Shown one piece after another: positions 22,381-36,628 of a stretch of DNA of 64,000 nt. Position 1 is the first letter of the stretch, and every line of letters starts with the position of its first letter. The position numbers were made by a program, and so were the translations under genes. The stretch covers positions 40,176,001-40,240,000 of the forward strand of contig NC_043006.1 in assembly GCF_006345805.1 (NCBI RefSeq). Reading direction: 5' to 3'. A model generated the notes under the pieces. The model did not search any database and was not told the origin of the DNA. It saw only the letters and a program-made list of their open reading frames with translations. This DNA comes from Octopus sinensis. Its lineage: Eukaryota.

Positions 22381-22777
22381 ACTATGTGTATGTGTTGTGT
22401 GTGTGTGTGTGTGTGTGTACAAAGCGTAACCCATCTCTGACTGCATCTCCTCGTAACTTTCATGAAAAATGGATATTTTTCAATGAAACTTCCTACTGAT
22501 GGTGTAGCTTCCAATTATATGCAAATTTGTTATGAAAAACGTTTCCGATAGTGGGGAGAGGAGCTTCGGCAAATTTACATGATTCGGTTTTGTTTCCTCA
22601 TAACTTTCAGAAAAATGGGTACTTTTTCATGAAATTCTTTACAAGTACCTTTCAGATGATGTTGCTTTCGATTATATCGGAATTTAGCATTAGAAAGTAA
22701 GAAGAAAATTGGTGGGCTCGCACACATATATACTGGCACACCCCTCAGATGTCTATATAATTGCTTGTTGAAACATT

Positions 22778-23190
22778 AGGAGTGACTGTGTGGTAAGTAG
22801 CTTGCTTACGAACTACATAGTTCCGGGTTCAGTGCCACTGCGTGGCACCTTGGGCAAGTGTTTTCTACTCTAGCTTCGAGCCGACCAAAGCCTTGTGAGT
22901 GGATTTGGTAGACGGAAACTGAAAGAAGCCCGTCGTATATATATATATATATAATATATATGTATGTATGTATGTGTGTGTGTCTGTGTTTGTGGCCCCA
23001 ACATCGCTTGACAACCGATGCTGGTGTGTTTACGTCGCCGTAACATAGCGGTTCGGCAAAAGAGTCCGATAGAATAAGTACTAGGCTTACAAAGAATAAG
23101 TCTTGGGGTCGATTTGCTCGATCGACTAAAGGCGGTGCTCCAGCATGGCCGCAGTCAAATGACTGAAACAAATAAAAGAGTAAAGAGAGT
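22778..23190 (+). mobile_element. SINE family A, CpG-intact
   Basis: Consensus-like copy inside the CpG-rich domain. Confidence 0.87.
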
Positions 23191-23399
23191 AATTCTAATA
23201 TAAACCTACCTCCTCAGCGTTTTGCGATGTATGCATATGTGCGTGCATACATGAGGGTGTACGCGTGTGTGCGTCTGAGTGCACATGTATTTGTGTACAG
23301 ATCCTATTAGCTATGGCTGGTTATGAGTCGCAAATTTGTTCTTGGATTCTGTTCAGCAGTAACTGCGCCATTCGCGATTGAGAAAAGCAACACGAGAGT

Positions 23400-24100
23400 G
23401 ACAGAGGCTCTATTGCAGAGGTAACATCAGTGCGTGGTTATTTGGCCTGTCGGAACAGTTGTGTATCCTTCCATCTCGTACGAGGATCTCCCAAGATTCC
23501 GTAACGATCCCGAACTCCACCATGTCTCTCATTCAAATGTCACGTAGCACAATAGAGGACAGCCAGTAAATCTTACTCTCCATACAAGCTCTCCATAGTT
23601 TTGGATATAGTCTTTCTCCATATCGCAGACGTGGCTCAGCCTGAGTAATCTTCGCTACCTGAGCAACATGTATAATATTCAGGAAATCTAGAGCGAGACA
23701 AGGCTTTTGTATTGTACACTATTTCTGGACGAAACCCTAGCAAATGGTTTCCTGAAGATTTCCGCATTGAAACCATTAGCACTGACTAGATCTCATCCTA
23801 GTTAGGTATGCCGACATCATGAATGTTCTCCATAGACGTTCCTACAATACTATAGACTGCGTCACAAAACACTCCTTAGTTTATTGAAGGATAAGGTAAC
23901 ATTATAAGAAGTTCCACCGTACGAAGTAACAGGCAGCCCTTCGCAACAGTTCCAGCAAGTTGTCCCAGCTTGACATCGGGCGATAGTTGGTAGAGTAGTA
24001 GCGTAGCAAGTGTGTCGCCTGGGGAAGCCTTTCATATTGTTCTCTCTCCCTACTTCAAGTCGAACCCAAAAGTGCCGCCCCCTTAAAAGTATCGCCCGGA
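23400..24100 (-). mobile_element. Highly decayed non-LTR retrotransposon RT/3' region (RTE-like)
   Basis: Frameshifted remnants PQGDTLATLLL and GDPRTRWKD. Confidence 0.4.
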
Positions 24101-24922
24101 GCGGACTGTTCCACTTATCCCCTTCCTCTAGCTACGGTACTGTTGCAGATACTTTCGGAAGACGGCCTCGCAATTGGAAGATCGCATCTCAGTGAAGCGG
24201 GAAACCTCGTGGGACACTATGCGTCACGTGGCCGTGATTATCTATGGGAAAATATTTTGATAACATGTGACTGGTTTAAAGAGACGATTCAAGTCGTTGA
24301 AGCAAAGGGCACCGTCCATGCTGAGCACAAGCAACAGCTACCAAGCGATCAGCTATCAAGAAGCTGCAGATTCACTGGTTTACCAGGACCAAGGTTAAAC
24401 AGAACGCTGGACGTTGTACCAAACAGTATTGGACAGAGTGAACCATTCAGACAGCCGCACTAATAACGAACATAAGAAGAATGGACAAATGCATAAAAAA
24501 ATACTTAAATCAGTTATGAATAAAACAGTCCCTCTCTGCCAAATTTTCCTCCCGAAAAACAATCCCAGTTAGAAGACAGCGGATAAAGAAGTGATAAGAA
24601 ATCTACTCCTACCTCTTTTCCAAAATCAAAACCGTTCCCACCTCACCTCAATATTTGACACCATATTTACAGCCACATTTTTCATTCGTTTTATTTTTCC
24701 AACCAACTTTTCTCATTGTTGTTTTTCTTTTCTCTCTTTCTTCTGATGAACGACTTCCGTCCGAAGCTTCAAAACGCTTTTCCCGTCTGTTTAAGAGCTA
24801 ACCTAATACAGTTGTTAAAACTCATCTCTCCCGCGTTCATTATTCTTTGTTCTCATTGTCTTCTTTATATGTGTGTGAGTATATGTATACACACACACAC
24901 ACATATTAAAATATGCATGCAT

Positions 24923-24968
<46 letters not shown>

Positions 24969-25050
24969 CACACACATATATATAAATATATATAAATATA
25001 TATATATATATATACATACACACACATATATATATAAATATATATATATA

Positions 25051-25099
<49 letters not shown>

Positions 25100-25277
25100 A
25101 TACGCACACACATATAGTTACAGATGTGGCTGTGTGGTAAGTAGCTTGCTTCCCAACCACATACTTCCGGTTCAGTCCTACTACGTGGCACCTTGGGCAA
25201 GTATTTTCTACTATAACTTCGGGCCGACCAACGCCTTGTGAGTGGATTTGGTAGACGGAAACTGAAAGAAGCCCGTC

Positions 25278-25311
<34 letters not shown>

Positions 25312-25584
25312 TTTTCTACACATTTTATTATAATTCCGGATACTATAATAAAACGTGATACTCTGATACTTAATTATATACACATATACAGTATATTATT
25401 GTTGTATGTTACAATAGCGAAAGATTCTCTTAGTCATAAACGGTTTGGATTAATATTATTTGAGATATATAGATATATTTCGATAGCTGTAGATTACACT
25501 TATTTTGTCCGTTAAAATTTTGTTGTCGTTTTTTAAATTGTAATTGATATGTAATTGAATAGTTAACGCTCATCTTTAAACTCT

Positions 25585-25674
25585 GGCTCTGATAAGACTT
25601 ATATATATATATATATATAAGGGAATTATTTATATATTAAAAAAATGTACATAAGTCGAAACAAATTATTGGCT
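25585..25674 (+). ncRNA. Decayed hammerhead-like motif (family E) with a (TA)n tract inside the stem II loop
   Basis: ggct CTGATAA gacttat...ataagtc GAAA caaattatt ggct; 7-bp perfect stem II; related 3' half agtcgaaacaatttgttggcc at about 33735-33755. Confidence 0.45.
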
Positions 25675-25879
25675 TTTTGATGTTTTAATAACTGTTTATG
25701 TTATCTTATATTATGTTATATCATAATATAAATAAATAATTGGATTGTCACTTGTATCTCTCTATATAATTTTATCTTTGTAATTTGCATTACACCCATA
25801 TTTATATGGTATTCAACTGACGTACCAGTGAATTGATTGTTTCACAGACCGCTTTGTTGGAAGTATTTTCCTTAGTTTG

Positions 25880-25959
<80 letters not shown>

Positions 25960-28638
25960 TGTGTGTGTACGTGTGTGTATGTGTGTCTGTGTTTGTCCTC
26001 CCGCCATCACTTCACAACCGATGTTAGTGTGTTACGTTCCAGTAACTTAGCGATTCGGGAAAAGGGGCCGATAGAATAAGTACCAGGCTTACAAAGAATA
26101 AGCCCGGAAATTGATTTGTTCGACTAAAGGCGGTGCTCCAGCAAGGCCGCAGTCAAATGACTGAAACGAGTAAATGAGTAAAAGAGAATATATTGTATGC
26201 ACACGCATATATCAGGGACAATGAAAGGAATAATAAATACAAGATCAGTTCTTGATTTATTGATGAATAGTTGGTTTATTTGCGCTGCCGGAGAAGTTGG
26301 AGTGCGTCTCATATGTCCATGAATCTGTTATACCATCGAATACGGTACTTTAACTTCCAGTTGTTGCTTGAGAGGAGAGACAGGTTGGAGAGAAAAACTC
26401 TGTTGTATAGTTGGCCGCATCGTTTCCGTTAACTGTTTTGAGAACTAACCTATACCATTTGGAGTAAACCGGTACCTATTGAAGACTGTGGTATTAATGT
26501 CCTACACCAGTGGTTCCCAAACTATGAGTCGCGACCCACAGATGGGTCGCGAACGGAATCTTAGTGGGTCGCAAAGAGTTATAAGATTACGCATTAGCTT
26601 TGATTAACTGCTGTCTATCGAGATAGTTCAAGACTTATGTTTTCAATACCAGACTTGTTGTTTTATCAAGCAGTAGGCTTTTTCACGAACCTAACAAATC
26701 AGAGGTTGTCATTTTCTCAAGTTATTTATTCGTACGTAATCGTAAAAAGGAAAGGTCTGTTTTTACCTATTTATAGAGAACTTTAACTAGGCAAAGTATA
26801 ACACTGATCGAGCCGATAACAGTTACTACTTCAAGGTTTTGTATTAGTGTTAGCATTTACACATAGGGTATTTACATATCGTGTAGGACCTTACACGATG
26901 TCACTTTTGAAAGCAAAGATAACAGTCTCACAAAACTACTCACGGTTTCTATCATTCCGAGAGACTAGGGTAACACTTTCAGTAGTATTTCTTGAGAGGT
27001 GTTGAAGATCGTTCTGCAATTTTTTGGCCTTGTAATATATCCTCTCTCAGCGTTAACTAGAAGCTGACCAGTGCCAAATCGAAGAAAACATTCGCAGACT
27101 GAGTTACCGACGCATCTTTATTTAGTGTAAATCTCGTGTTGGAGAGACTTGCAAACAGACTGCTTGAGCAAGTGCTGTCAATCGAAAACGCTGTCAGAAG
27201 GTTTCAAGGGTCATCAGGAGAGAATGTACCCTCTATCAAGGCCTTCTCCTGGGAGACTTTACTGCGCACCAGCTCCTATCCGCCTACAGGATCGATTGAC
27301 TAGTATCCGATCTTAGATCTCTAAACTCATCAGTAGGTATAATTTTAGGGATGACCGATAGAATTTACTTGAAATCACAACCCCGCCACCCAAAAAACGT
27401 CAAGATTGTGACTCCACTTATAAGTGTAGCGTTACCTTTGAGATCTTGTAACGTGCGATTGAGAGCTTGTAATACATCTCATTCTTTCAGGCTGGCTTAC
27501 TCCAGAACCCCTACTAGTGCAGATCATTTACCAATATTGGTTTCAGAATTTGGCACAAGTCCAGCAATTTATGATGAGGGGTTAAATTGATTACATCGAC
27601 CCCAGTGTTCAAATGGTACATAATTTATCGACCTCTAAACGATGAAAGGCAAAGTCGACCTCGGCGGAATTTGAACTCAGAACGTAAGGACGGACGAAAT
27701 GCCGCTAAGTATTTCGCTCGGTGTGCTAACGATTCTGCCAGCTCGTGCCTTCTCCTTTGCTAATATTGCACTGTCATTGTGCATGGTTGATTACTCTCAA
27801 AAACAGAATAATGTGTTCCGTCACGAATGAGCTAAGTTCTCAGCAGTTCCTGATGAGACTTCAACAATAGCAATCTACTTCAGTAAGCGAACTTTGTCAA
27901 AATTAGTTGATCAAAAATGTTTTTCCTGTTCCATCTAAATCACCAGGAAAAATTTATTTCTCACAAATCTGATGTCACTGTTGATTGATCTGACACCGAG
28001 TGATATTAGGGCCACAACCCGGCAGACGGGGTTCTGGTGAAAATCCTCGGAGTGTCTGTTTCGGCAACCGGCGGCTCCTCGGTCGTTCTGTCCCTGCGTC
28101 TGCGGACAATCTGCGGCAAACAGGATGTCTCTACATGCGGGATTGTTGGAGACCGCTTGTGAAATTCATATTTCCACGAAACTTCTTCCACTGCCATGGT
28201 TCGAGATGCCTCGAGGGTGGTAGAAGAAGCCGACTCAGCCCGCCCAGGGTGAATGTCGCTACAAGTACAAGTATGTAAGTACCAAATTTGCTGTAGATCA
28301 GTTGGTGATCAGACACAGAAAATAACAGCGAAGATGTTTCTCATCTTGATTGCAGACTACAACACGGCAACCGCTTTCAATATAACGTTCCAGTTTGCTC
28401 TATTTTTCAAAGAGGCATCTTCTGGAGGAAAATTCGCAATATACTCCACTGACATATCAACCAGCAATTTTGATTTTCTGAACTGAGGTTGAACTCCGAA
28501 CACTGTGCAAGATCAGTCTGAGTAGTAAATATCCATCTATCCTTTTTTCTCTGCCTACTAATCCCCCTAAGAGGGTCGTGGGGTAGAGTCCTCAAGAACT
28601 CCCTCTATATGGTCCTATCAGAATCGCTATCGTCATTA

Positions 28639-29047
28639 GGGCGGTGAGCTGGCAGAATCGTTAGCACGCTGGACGAAATGCTTAGCAGTATTTCGCCCGT
28701 CGCTACGTTCTGAGTTCAAATTCTGCCGAGGTCGACTTCGCTTTTCATCCTTTCGGGGTCGATAAATTAAGTACCAGTGAAACACTGGAGTCGATGTAAT
28801 CGACTTAATCCCTTTGCCTGTCTTTGTTTGTCCCCTCTATGTTTAGCCCCCGGTGGGCATTAAAGAAATAAATATATTTTTTCGTCTGTCTTTACGTTCC
28901 GAGTTCAAATTCCGCCGAGGTTGACTTTGCCTTTCATCCTCTCGGGGTCGATAAATCAAGTACCAGTTGTGTACTGGTGTCGATCTAATCGATTGCCCCC
29001 CCCACTCCCTCCAAAATTTCGGGCTTTGTGCCTAGAGTAGAAAAGAA
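28639..29047 (+). mobile_element. SINE family B, one full copy plus an adjacent partial copy
   Basis: ggcggtgagctggcagaatcgttagc...gagttcaaatt...catcctttcggggtcgataaa; the central block resembles the Meta-type SINE domain. Confidence 0.82.
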
Positions 29048-29553
29048 TCGTTATCATCATTACTCATTCAGGCTGGATTCCTAAGCGTGGTCAACTGAGA
29101 CTCTGGATATCAGCCGACCGTCTCGTTCTTGGCCTACTCCAAGGTATCCTATCAGTTGACCCAGCTTGAAGAATCCGTCTTGTGATCCTTTTCCGCGACA
29201 TTCTGTAAGTCCGTAATACCGGATCAGTATCCTCTCAATGTAAAGAAGCAGCGGCTTGACCAGGAGAGACACCCTGATAACCAAGCTATCAAGTAACATT
29301 GCGCCAGGGACCCTTTCGAAGAACCCCATTCCAGCCGCTTGTACTGGTGATCGTACACTTTCAGTCCTTACTCAACAGCCATAACTGTAGAAGAGAATGA
29401 GCACGAAAATCGAATTCAATTATGTAAATACTTTATTCAAATGCCTCATTAAAAAAATATGTCTTCAAAAACGCGATTTTAAATAACATGGAAGATTGTG
29501 TCATATTGAAATTTATATATTGATACATTGATACATTGATACCAAGGCGTAAC

Positions 29554-29969
29554 TATACAAGTGTGACCCCCTCGACTTTGTTTCCTCATGGCTTTCAGAA
29601 AAATGGATATGTTTTTAATGAAATTATCTACAAATACTTTTCGTATGGTGTAGGTTACGATTATATATGTATTTAATGAGAAAAAACCCCAAATAAAACA
29701 TTACGAAAACATTAGTGAGCGTGCACACATACTCACCTACACGCATCACATATATATCTATTAACAAAATGCAACATGATGTCTTGAAAAAGTATGTGAT
29801 GTATCTCGGTATGTATGTATGTATGCGCGCGCACCATTTTTTTTTCAGTAAATTTCGTTATAATCGTAACCTACAGCATATCAAACATATCTGTAGAGAA
29901 TTTCATTAAAAAAAATCCATTTGTCTGAAAGTTATGAGGAAACAAAGTCGCCAGGTGCACGCTTGTATA
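29554..29969. mobile_element. MITE with imperfect inverted arms of about 110 bp
   Basis: tatacaagtgtgacc...ctttgtttcctcatggctttcagaaaaatgga and its reverse complement ending cttgtata; related sequence at about 22420-22740. Confidence 0.7.
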
Positions 29970-30428
29970 GGTATATCTACATCAAATTACGTAGACTTAA
30001 ATGTTCTGCTGGCATCTCGAAGCATACTAAGAGATGATTATATTTCACACGAAGTGTATAGACAATATATATCAGAACGCTGTCGTTATCAAATTCCTCA
30101 TTTAAAAATCATAAGTTAGTTGGCGGCTTCCTTCAAATAACATTGAAGATAGAAATTAATTAATTCTTCCATTGTTTCACGTTTAAGATTATTAATATTT
30201 CTTAAATCTACAGACATTGTACTCTATTAATCGGACTTTTAATATTTATATCTGAAATCCATTCAAACTTAAATATCTTAGAAACAAATTTAAATGTCAA
30301 CCAATGAAATGGTAAATGGTTTTCTCCCATCTTATGCAATATTTCAAACCGCGTACTATATATATATCTATATATATTATATATATATATATCTGATGTG
30401 TGTGTGGTGTGTGTGTGGGTGTATATTG

Positions 30429-30496
<68 letters not shown>

Positions 30497-30564
30497 TTAT
30501 ATATATATATATCTATATATATATATTATGTGTGTGTGTGGTGTGTATATATATAATATATAAT

Positions 30565-30621
<57 letters not shown>

Positions 30622-30698
30622 CATATATATGTATGTATGTATAAATACACACACGCATATTGTTGTCTTTGGAAACACAAAAATACTTACATTCATAC

Positions 30699-30753
<55 letters not shown>

Positions 30754-30879
30754 GTGTGTGTGTGTGTGTGTGTGTGTGGTGTGTATTTAGGGATAGTTTT
30801 TGAAAAAAACAAAAGACGAAGACACGTGGTGTACAAAACAAACAGATGTATTAGTATAACGCTCAAGAATAGAAAAACT

Positions 30880-30915
30880 CTTTTACGTTTCGAGCCTACG
30901 CTCTTCTACTGAAAG
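30880..30915 (-). ncRNA. Hammerhead-like motif, family C
   Basis: CTTT CAGTAGA A GAGC gtag GCTC GAAA CGTA AAAG; stems I and II and the ACGT palindrome are perfect, core 5' strand altered. Confidence 0.5.
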
Positions 30916-31473
30916 GGACACAGAAAAAACAAGGAGAGAAAAAAATGTGTGTAGTGGCCAACGATCTATCATGGCGTCTATATATATATATATATAATAT
31001 ATATGATTTAACTGGGGCCCTTTTGCCCTCTTGGACATAATGAACCACAACAAATAACATTGATGAGGAACATTCTTCCACTGCCAAACGTACGTCTCAC
31101 CGATGACGGGTTACCCAACTTACAGAGTCTTCGCTCGATACCATACTCCAATAGCTGGGATATCCCAGAAACAGCTGTCGGATGCAATTTTTTTTGCCTT
31201 TTTTTACCGTTCGTTAAGTAACTAAATTTTAGATTGAATTAAATGAAATTAAATATCCTTGTCCTGCATCGCCTAATTGTTAGCCTTTCCTCACTACTAT
31301 ATATATATATATAATGGAGAAATTGTACAAAATGTATAAATGGATGATGAGTAAAGGACCGGCTCAGCTTCGATTACCTGTTGTTATGCGTAGATTTACT
31401 GCAGGAACTTCGTAGTGGTGGTTGGGGTAACATTATTAATATAATAGATGGAATGTGTAATAGACTTTATTGA

Positions 31474-31515
31474 GTACAACACATGTTTCGACCCGTTCTG
31501 GGTCTCTTCAAGTAC
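31474..31515 (-). ncRNA. Minimal type I hammerhead motif, family D (C3U variant)
   Basis: GTAC TTGAAGA GACCC agaac GGGTC GAAA CATGTGTT GTAC, followed by AATAAA. ACATGTGT can self-pair between two copies. Confidence 0.62.
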
Positions 31516-32007
31516 ATCAATAAAAAGTCTCACTAGAGATTTCTTGAGTCGGTTTACGTACCGCTATATCTCCACACCAAATTTGAGAATTGCATCAAAT
31601 TCGAGAATGAGTAAAATCAGAGAAAAATTAAACATATATTACGGTGATCAGACTATCGGATGTTGTTATACACCGCTGGTCCCATTGCACTTCGCATACT
31701 TTAGCTTTCGAATGATGCCATCCCCTCTGGTTAAGCGGGCAGGTCAATATTTCCCCACCTCACCTCCATCCCCATTTCCGAACGGAACGTCAGTATGTCA
31801 CAGGGACACCCGTTTACAACCGAGTAGACTGCAGCAGCAACGTGAAATGAAGTATTTTTGCTCAATAACACAACGCACTGTCGGTCTTGGAATCGAAATC
31901 GCGAACTCCCTAACCACTTGGCCACGCACATTCACGCCAGAAATATATAAATGTTATTAATGTCTCCCCTTTTCTCATTACAAAAAGCTTCTCGTCTTCC
32001 TTATTCT

Positions 32008-32049
<42 letters not shown>

Positions 32050-32212
32050 GGCGCAGAAGTGGCTGTGTGGTAAGTAACTTGATTACCAACCACATGGTTC
32101 CGGGTTCAGTCCCAGTGCGCGGTACCTTGGGCAACTGTCTTTTACTATAGCCTCGGGGCGACCAAAGCCTTGTGAGTGGATTTGATAGACAGAAAATGAA
32201 AGAAGCCCGTCG

Positions 32213-32246
<34 letters not shown>

Positions 32247-32349
32247 TATATAACGGGAAGCTTTATGATAAATAACAAAAGACGAAGGCAGGTGGAAAAC
32301 AAACGAACAATGGTATTAGTATGGCGCTCAGGAATATAAATAAAACAAG

Positions 32350-32387
32350 TCTTTAACGTTTCGAGCCTACGCACTTCAACAGAAAGA
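32350..32387 (-). ncRNA. Hammerhead-like motif, family C (CUGUUGA core)
   Basis: TCTTT CTGTTGA A GTGC gtag GCTC GAAA CGTT AAAGA, inside a repeat shared with about 30800-30990. Confidence 0.5.
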
Positions 32388-33282
32388 TACACAGAGAGAG
32401 AAAAACACGAAAGAAGGAGAGAAAAAAAATGCGTGCAGTAGCTAACGAAATCAACATGGCGATCTGATTTCGGCCAGAGGTCAAAGATCAAACATGAGAC
32501 GCGAGAGCGAAATAAGGGGAGATAATAGGTTTGATAAAAGGTTGAGGGACCAGCTAATAGTGCGTAGGAGGGGTCTGGATGTGTGTATGTATAGGGTTGG
32601 TGTATGTATTAGTATGTATAAGGGTGTGTGTGGTGTGTGTTGGTGTGTATGAGAGAGTATTAGTGCGTAGATTGGTCTGGACGTGCGTATGTATGGGGTT
32701 GGTGTATGTATTAGTATGTATAGTACGTATTGGTATGTATATTGTGTGGTGTGTGTGTATGAGAGAGTATAAGTGCGTATGCGGGGTCTGGACGTGTGTA
32801 TGTATAGGGTTGGTGTAGTATTAGTATGTACTAGTATGTATTAGTACGTATTAGTATGTTATTAGTTGGTGTGTGTATGTATGGCACATCATATGTGATG
32901 TGATGTGTAAAGTCATGTGTGTGTGAGGAGAAGGGGTAGGGGGGAGAAGAGGGGGAGAAGGTGAGGGGAAGAAGAGAGGGTGGGGAGAAGAGGGGGGAAG
33001 ATGAGAGATGGGGCAGAAGGAAAAGGGAGGAGGGGAATGAAGGAGGACAGAGTGAGAGGGGGAGATAGAAGGGGAGAGAGGAGTGAGGGGAGCAGAGGGA
33101 AAGGGGAAGAGAGGGAGGGAGAAGAGGGAAGAACGGAAGGGGCAGTAGGGGTGAAAGGATGTAAGGACTGACGACGTGGGAATGTCGGGGTAGGGGCCGG
33201 GGCACCAGATAGGTTGAGGAGGGGGCGAGGGGGGTTTAGATTCGGAGGGGGTTAGATTGAGACAATGGGCGTATAAGAGCGA

Positions 33283-33316
<34 letters not shown>

Positions 33317-33528
33317 TCTTTTACACTTTTACTAGTTTCAGTCATTTGACTGCGGCCATACTAGAGCCTGTGTTTAGTCGAGAAAATCGACCCCAAGACT
33401 TATTCTTTGTAAGCCTAGTACTTATTCTGTTGGTCTCTTTTGCCGAACCGCTAAGTTACGGGACGTAAACGCACCAACATCAGTTGTCAAGAGATGTTGG
33501 GGGGTGACAAAACAAACAAATACACACA

Positions 33529-33567
<39 letters not shown>

Positions 33568-33997
33568 TATATATATATATATATACATACATATATACGA
33601 CGGACTTTTCTGATATATAAATTGAGGAAAAGAAATCCTTCAAAGGGGTATGTTAAACATCCAATTCACTGGTACCAAGTGACTATATATATAATGGAAC
33701 TGTGATTATGTATATCAGAAAATAATATATACCAGTCGAAACAATTTGTTGGCCTTTTATGGTTTTTATAATTATTTATGTTATATAATATTATGTTATG
33801 TTATATATTATATTCATAGTATTTAATGTAATATAAATGAATTATTGGATCGTCAATAGAATATCTCTACATTTAATTTATCTTTATAATTGAATTATAC
33901 CAATATTTATATGGTATCCAACTGACGAACCGGTGAATTGGATGTTTAAGAATCTTCTTTGAAGGATTTCTTTTCCTGAGTTTCTTACTTTATATAC

Positions 33998-34038
<41 letters not shown>

Positions 34039-34548
34039 AAGTAAGATAGAGGTTATGGGTGTAACTCACTATGGGATAGCATTTATCCAATATACTGGCG
34101 GTAAAGTACCCAGATTCTTAATACATAAATGTTTTAATTGCAATGCAATTAACTCGTTTATTGTATTAAACGGGTGAAGGTAAAAAAATATTTTTACCGT
34201 AAATTCATAATACAAATAAGAAAATGGAGAAACAAATTTAGTTTGTTCATCAACTTTCGGATATTATAATGTTGGATTATTTATTCATTTAACAAAATGA
34301 GAACAAATATATAAGTAATTTCAGAGACAGAACCACCTTCAACTCAATCAACACTGAAAGGTTTTATACCCACCACTCCATAAAATGTTAAAAATTAAAT
34401 CTCATACTAACTATATTCTGAATCCTGTATTTTCCGTTTATAAGACTACACGTGTTTCATGTAAGTACGTCGGTATTTATTAGATACAAGGTATCTAGTT
34501 TCAATACTTACTCGGGTCGACATACTTCGTAATAATTATAATATTCCC

Positions 34549-34614
<66 letters not shown>

Positions 34615-34930
34615 TGATGATGATGATGATGCACACACACACACGCACACATATAAACGAAGATAGGTAAATGTGTACTTACAGAAATCGACAATTACCT
34701 GTTCAAGAATGTTTTAACATATATTTCTATCTATTTCAATGAATTTGCATGAATAGTTAGATATAATGTTAATCATACGCCTATTTGAATACATCTGTTT
34801 ATCTAAATCTACTTTAGAAGCAGGCTTCTCGACCTCAGATACATGTGCCGTTCAGGAGGTAATTATTTCTATGTATTTAAATGTTTAGCGAGATAAATAT
34901 ACACTTCGTTTTAACAACTCCAAGGAAGCT

Positions 34931-35028
34931 ATTAGCTGGTTGTCATAATAAAACTCAGTTTCGGATGGCGGAGCAGACTTCAGCCCTGGCATCCGAAACT
35001 CTGAGTTTTATTATGATAACCAACTAAT
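34931..35028. repeat. Inverted repeat made of hammerhead 3' halves (family B-like)
   Basis: Arms carry catccGAAActctgagttttatt; no intact CTGATGA. Confidence 0.55.
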
Positions 35029-35066
35029 TGTTACACACACACACACACACATATATATGGTCTACT

Positions 35067-35102
<36 letters not shown>

Positions 35103-35129
35103 TCAAAACACGCTCCTACGAAACCCACT

Positions 35130-36370
35130 AGCACAAACAGAATCATGCTCCCCAAAGAGAGGGGAAAAAAGCACTCGTCAGGCGCGTCGAAGGACTTAAT
35201 AAAAACTAATTAAAATACTCCCTCATATAACATCCACATTCAACAACAATGTGAACGCTGGAGTCGGGAAAACTTCATCTACAGACTAACATGAAAACCC
35301 CCACTGAAAATCAAAGAGCTGCGGAGGAAGAGTGGGTAATAAAAAAATCAAACAGAACCCAAAACTGTCCTGTTCATATGCAAATAAGTACAGGACGGCT
35401 GTCTCATCCGTTGGTCCATTGATCGATGATAACGGCATTCTCCAACATGATGCTAAAGAAATGGCAAAACTACTGTAGAAACAATACTGCTCTGTGTTTA
35501 GTGATCCCACTGATATTGGCGTAAGGAATGTGAACGAAGTCGATTCCTAACATATAATCTCGGACACAACCTTTACTGCTTCAGACATCATAGTACCAAT
35601 AAATGAGATCAAATACTATTCTGGTGTAGGCCCTGATAGATTACCCGCTAGTCTCCTGAAGGAATGTAGCCACCAACTTGCAGTCCCTCTGACCAACCTT
35701 TGGAGTAATTCTTTAGACACAGGATATATACCGAAACAGCTCCTATCCCAGTCTGTCATCCCGGTTTTCAATCAGGGAAACAGTTCCCTCGCAGTCAACT
35801 GTGTTTGAAAGGGTGATGAGCCACAAACTTCTAAATTCAAACCAGTATGGCTTTCGCCTCGGCAGGGACTGTCTAACACAGCTCTTACACCACATGATTG
35901 ATATCCTTAAAGCCTTGGGATCAGATTCGAACTCTGATGTCATATATATCTTAACTTCAGTAAAACGTTCGCTAGACTTGACCATAATATCCTACTGTCA
36001 AAATTGTCAAATGTTGAAATCTATCGAAAACTTCTACACTGGATTGAGTATTTCCTGGAGAACAGAATACATGTGATCGGTGAAATCCATTCAAGCCCGG
36101 CAAAGTCACCAGTGGTGTTTCTCAGGAGACTGTCTTGGGCCCGATCCTGTTTATAGTTTATATAAACGACCTTTCCAGCGTGGAAATATTTGCTGATGTC
36201 TCCAAGCTCCATAAAATTATCAATGAAGAAGGCCGAACTGAACTCCAGTAAGTAAATGGACAGGCAAAAACAAAATGCGACTAAACGAGGGAAAATCTGA
36301 GCTAATGCATTTTGGAAGAAAGGCTATGCCAAAACAACCATACTCTCTTCTCGAAACCACGAAGACATCG
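35130..36370 (+). mobile_element. CR1/L2-group LINE reverse transcriptase pseudogene
   Basis: Broken frames give VGPDRLPASLLKECSHQLAVPL, NQYGFRLGRDCLTQLL, VTSGVSQETVLGPILFIVYINDL and IFADVSKL. Confidence 0.85.
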
Positions 36371-36498
36371 CAGAAACCAACTGATGAGGAAGTCAGCTGC
36401 GAATGTTCCTTGTATCGTGTTTTGTCTCCCTTTTCTATCCGTTGTTTTCGCCCAGTTTTCGTCTATTTTTCCTTCTCTGTCTAACTTTTGATATATAT

Positions 36499-36546
<48 letters not shown>

Positions 36547-36628
36547 AAACAAGGTGGAAAAAAGAGTACTCAAATACCAGTGGTAGAGTAATATGCTTTA
36601 TTTTAAGCAGCAGAAAATTCAACAAAAT

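Noticed and set aside
26508-26580. hAT-like left end cagtggttcccaaac
   Set aside because: No matching right end or target-site duplication was found, so it was not called as an element.
28000-29400. GC-rich short ORFs (28006-28197, 29081-29329) as host exons
   Set aside because: No recognisable domain or splice context; more likely decayed retroelement pieces, but too degenerate to classify.
31448-31960. 170-aa ORF
   Set aside because: A chance join of the antisense hammerhead repeat and a SINE C fragment.
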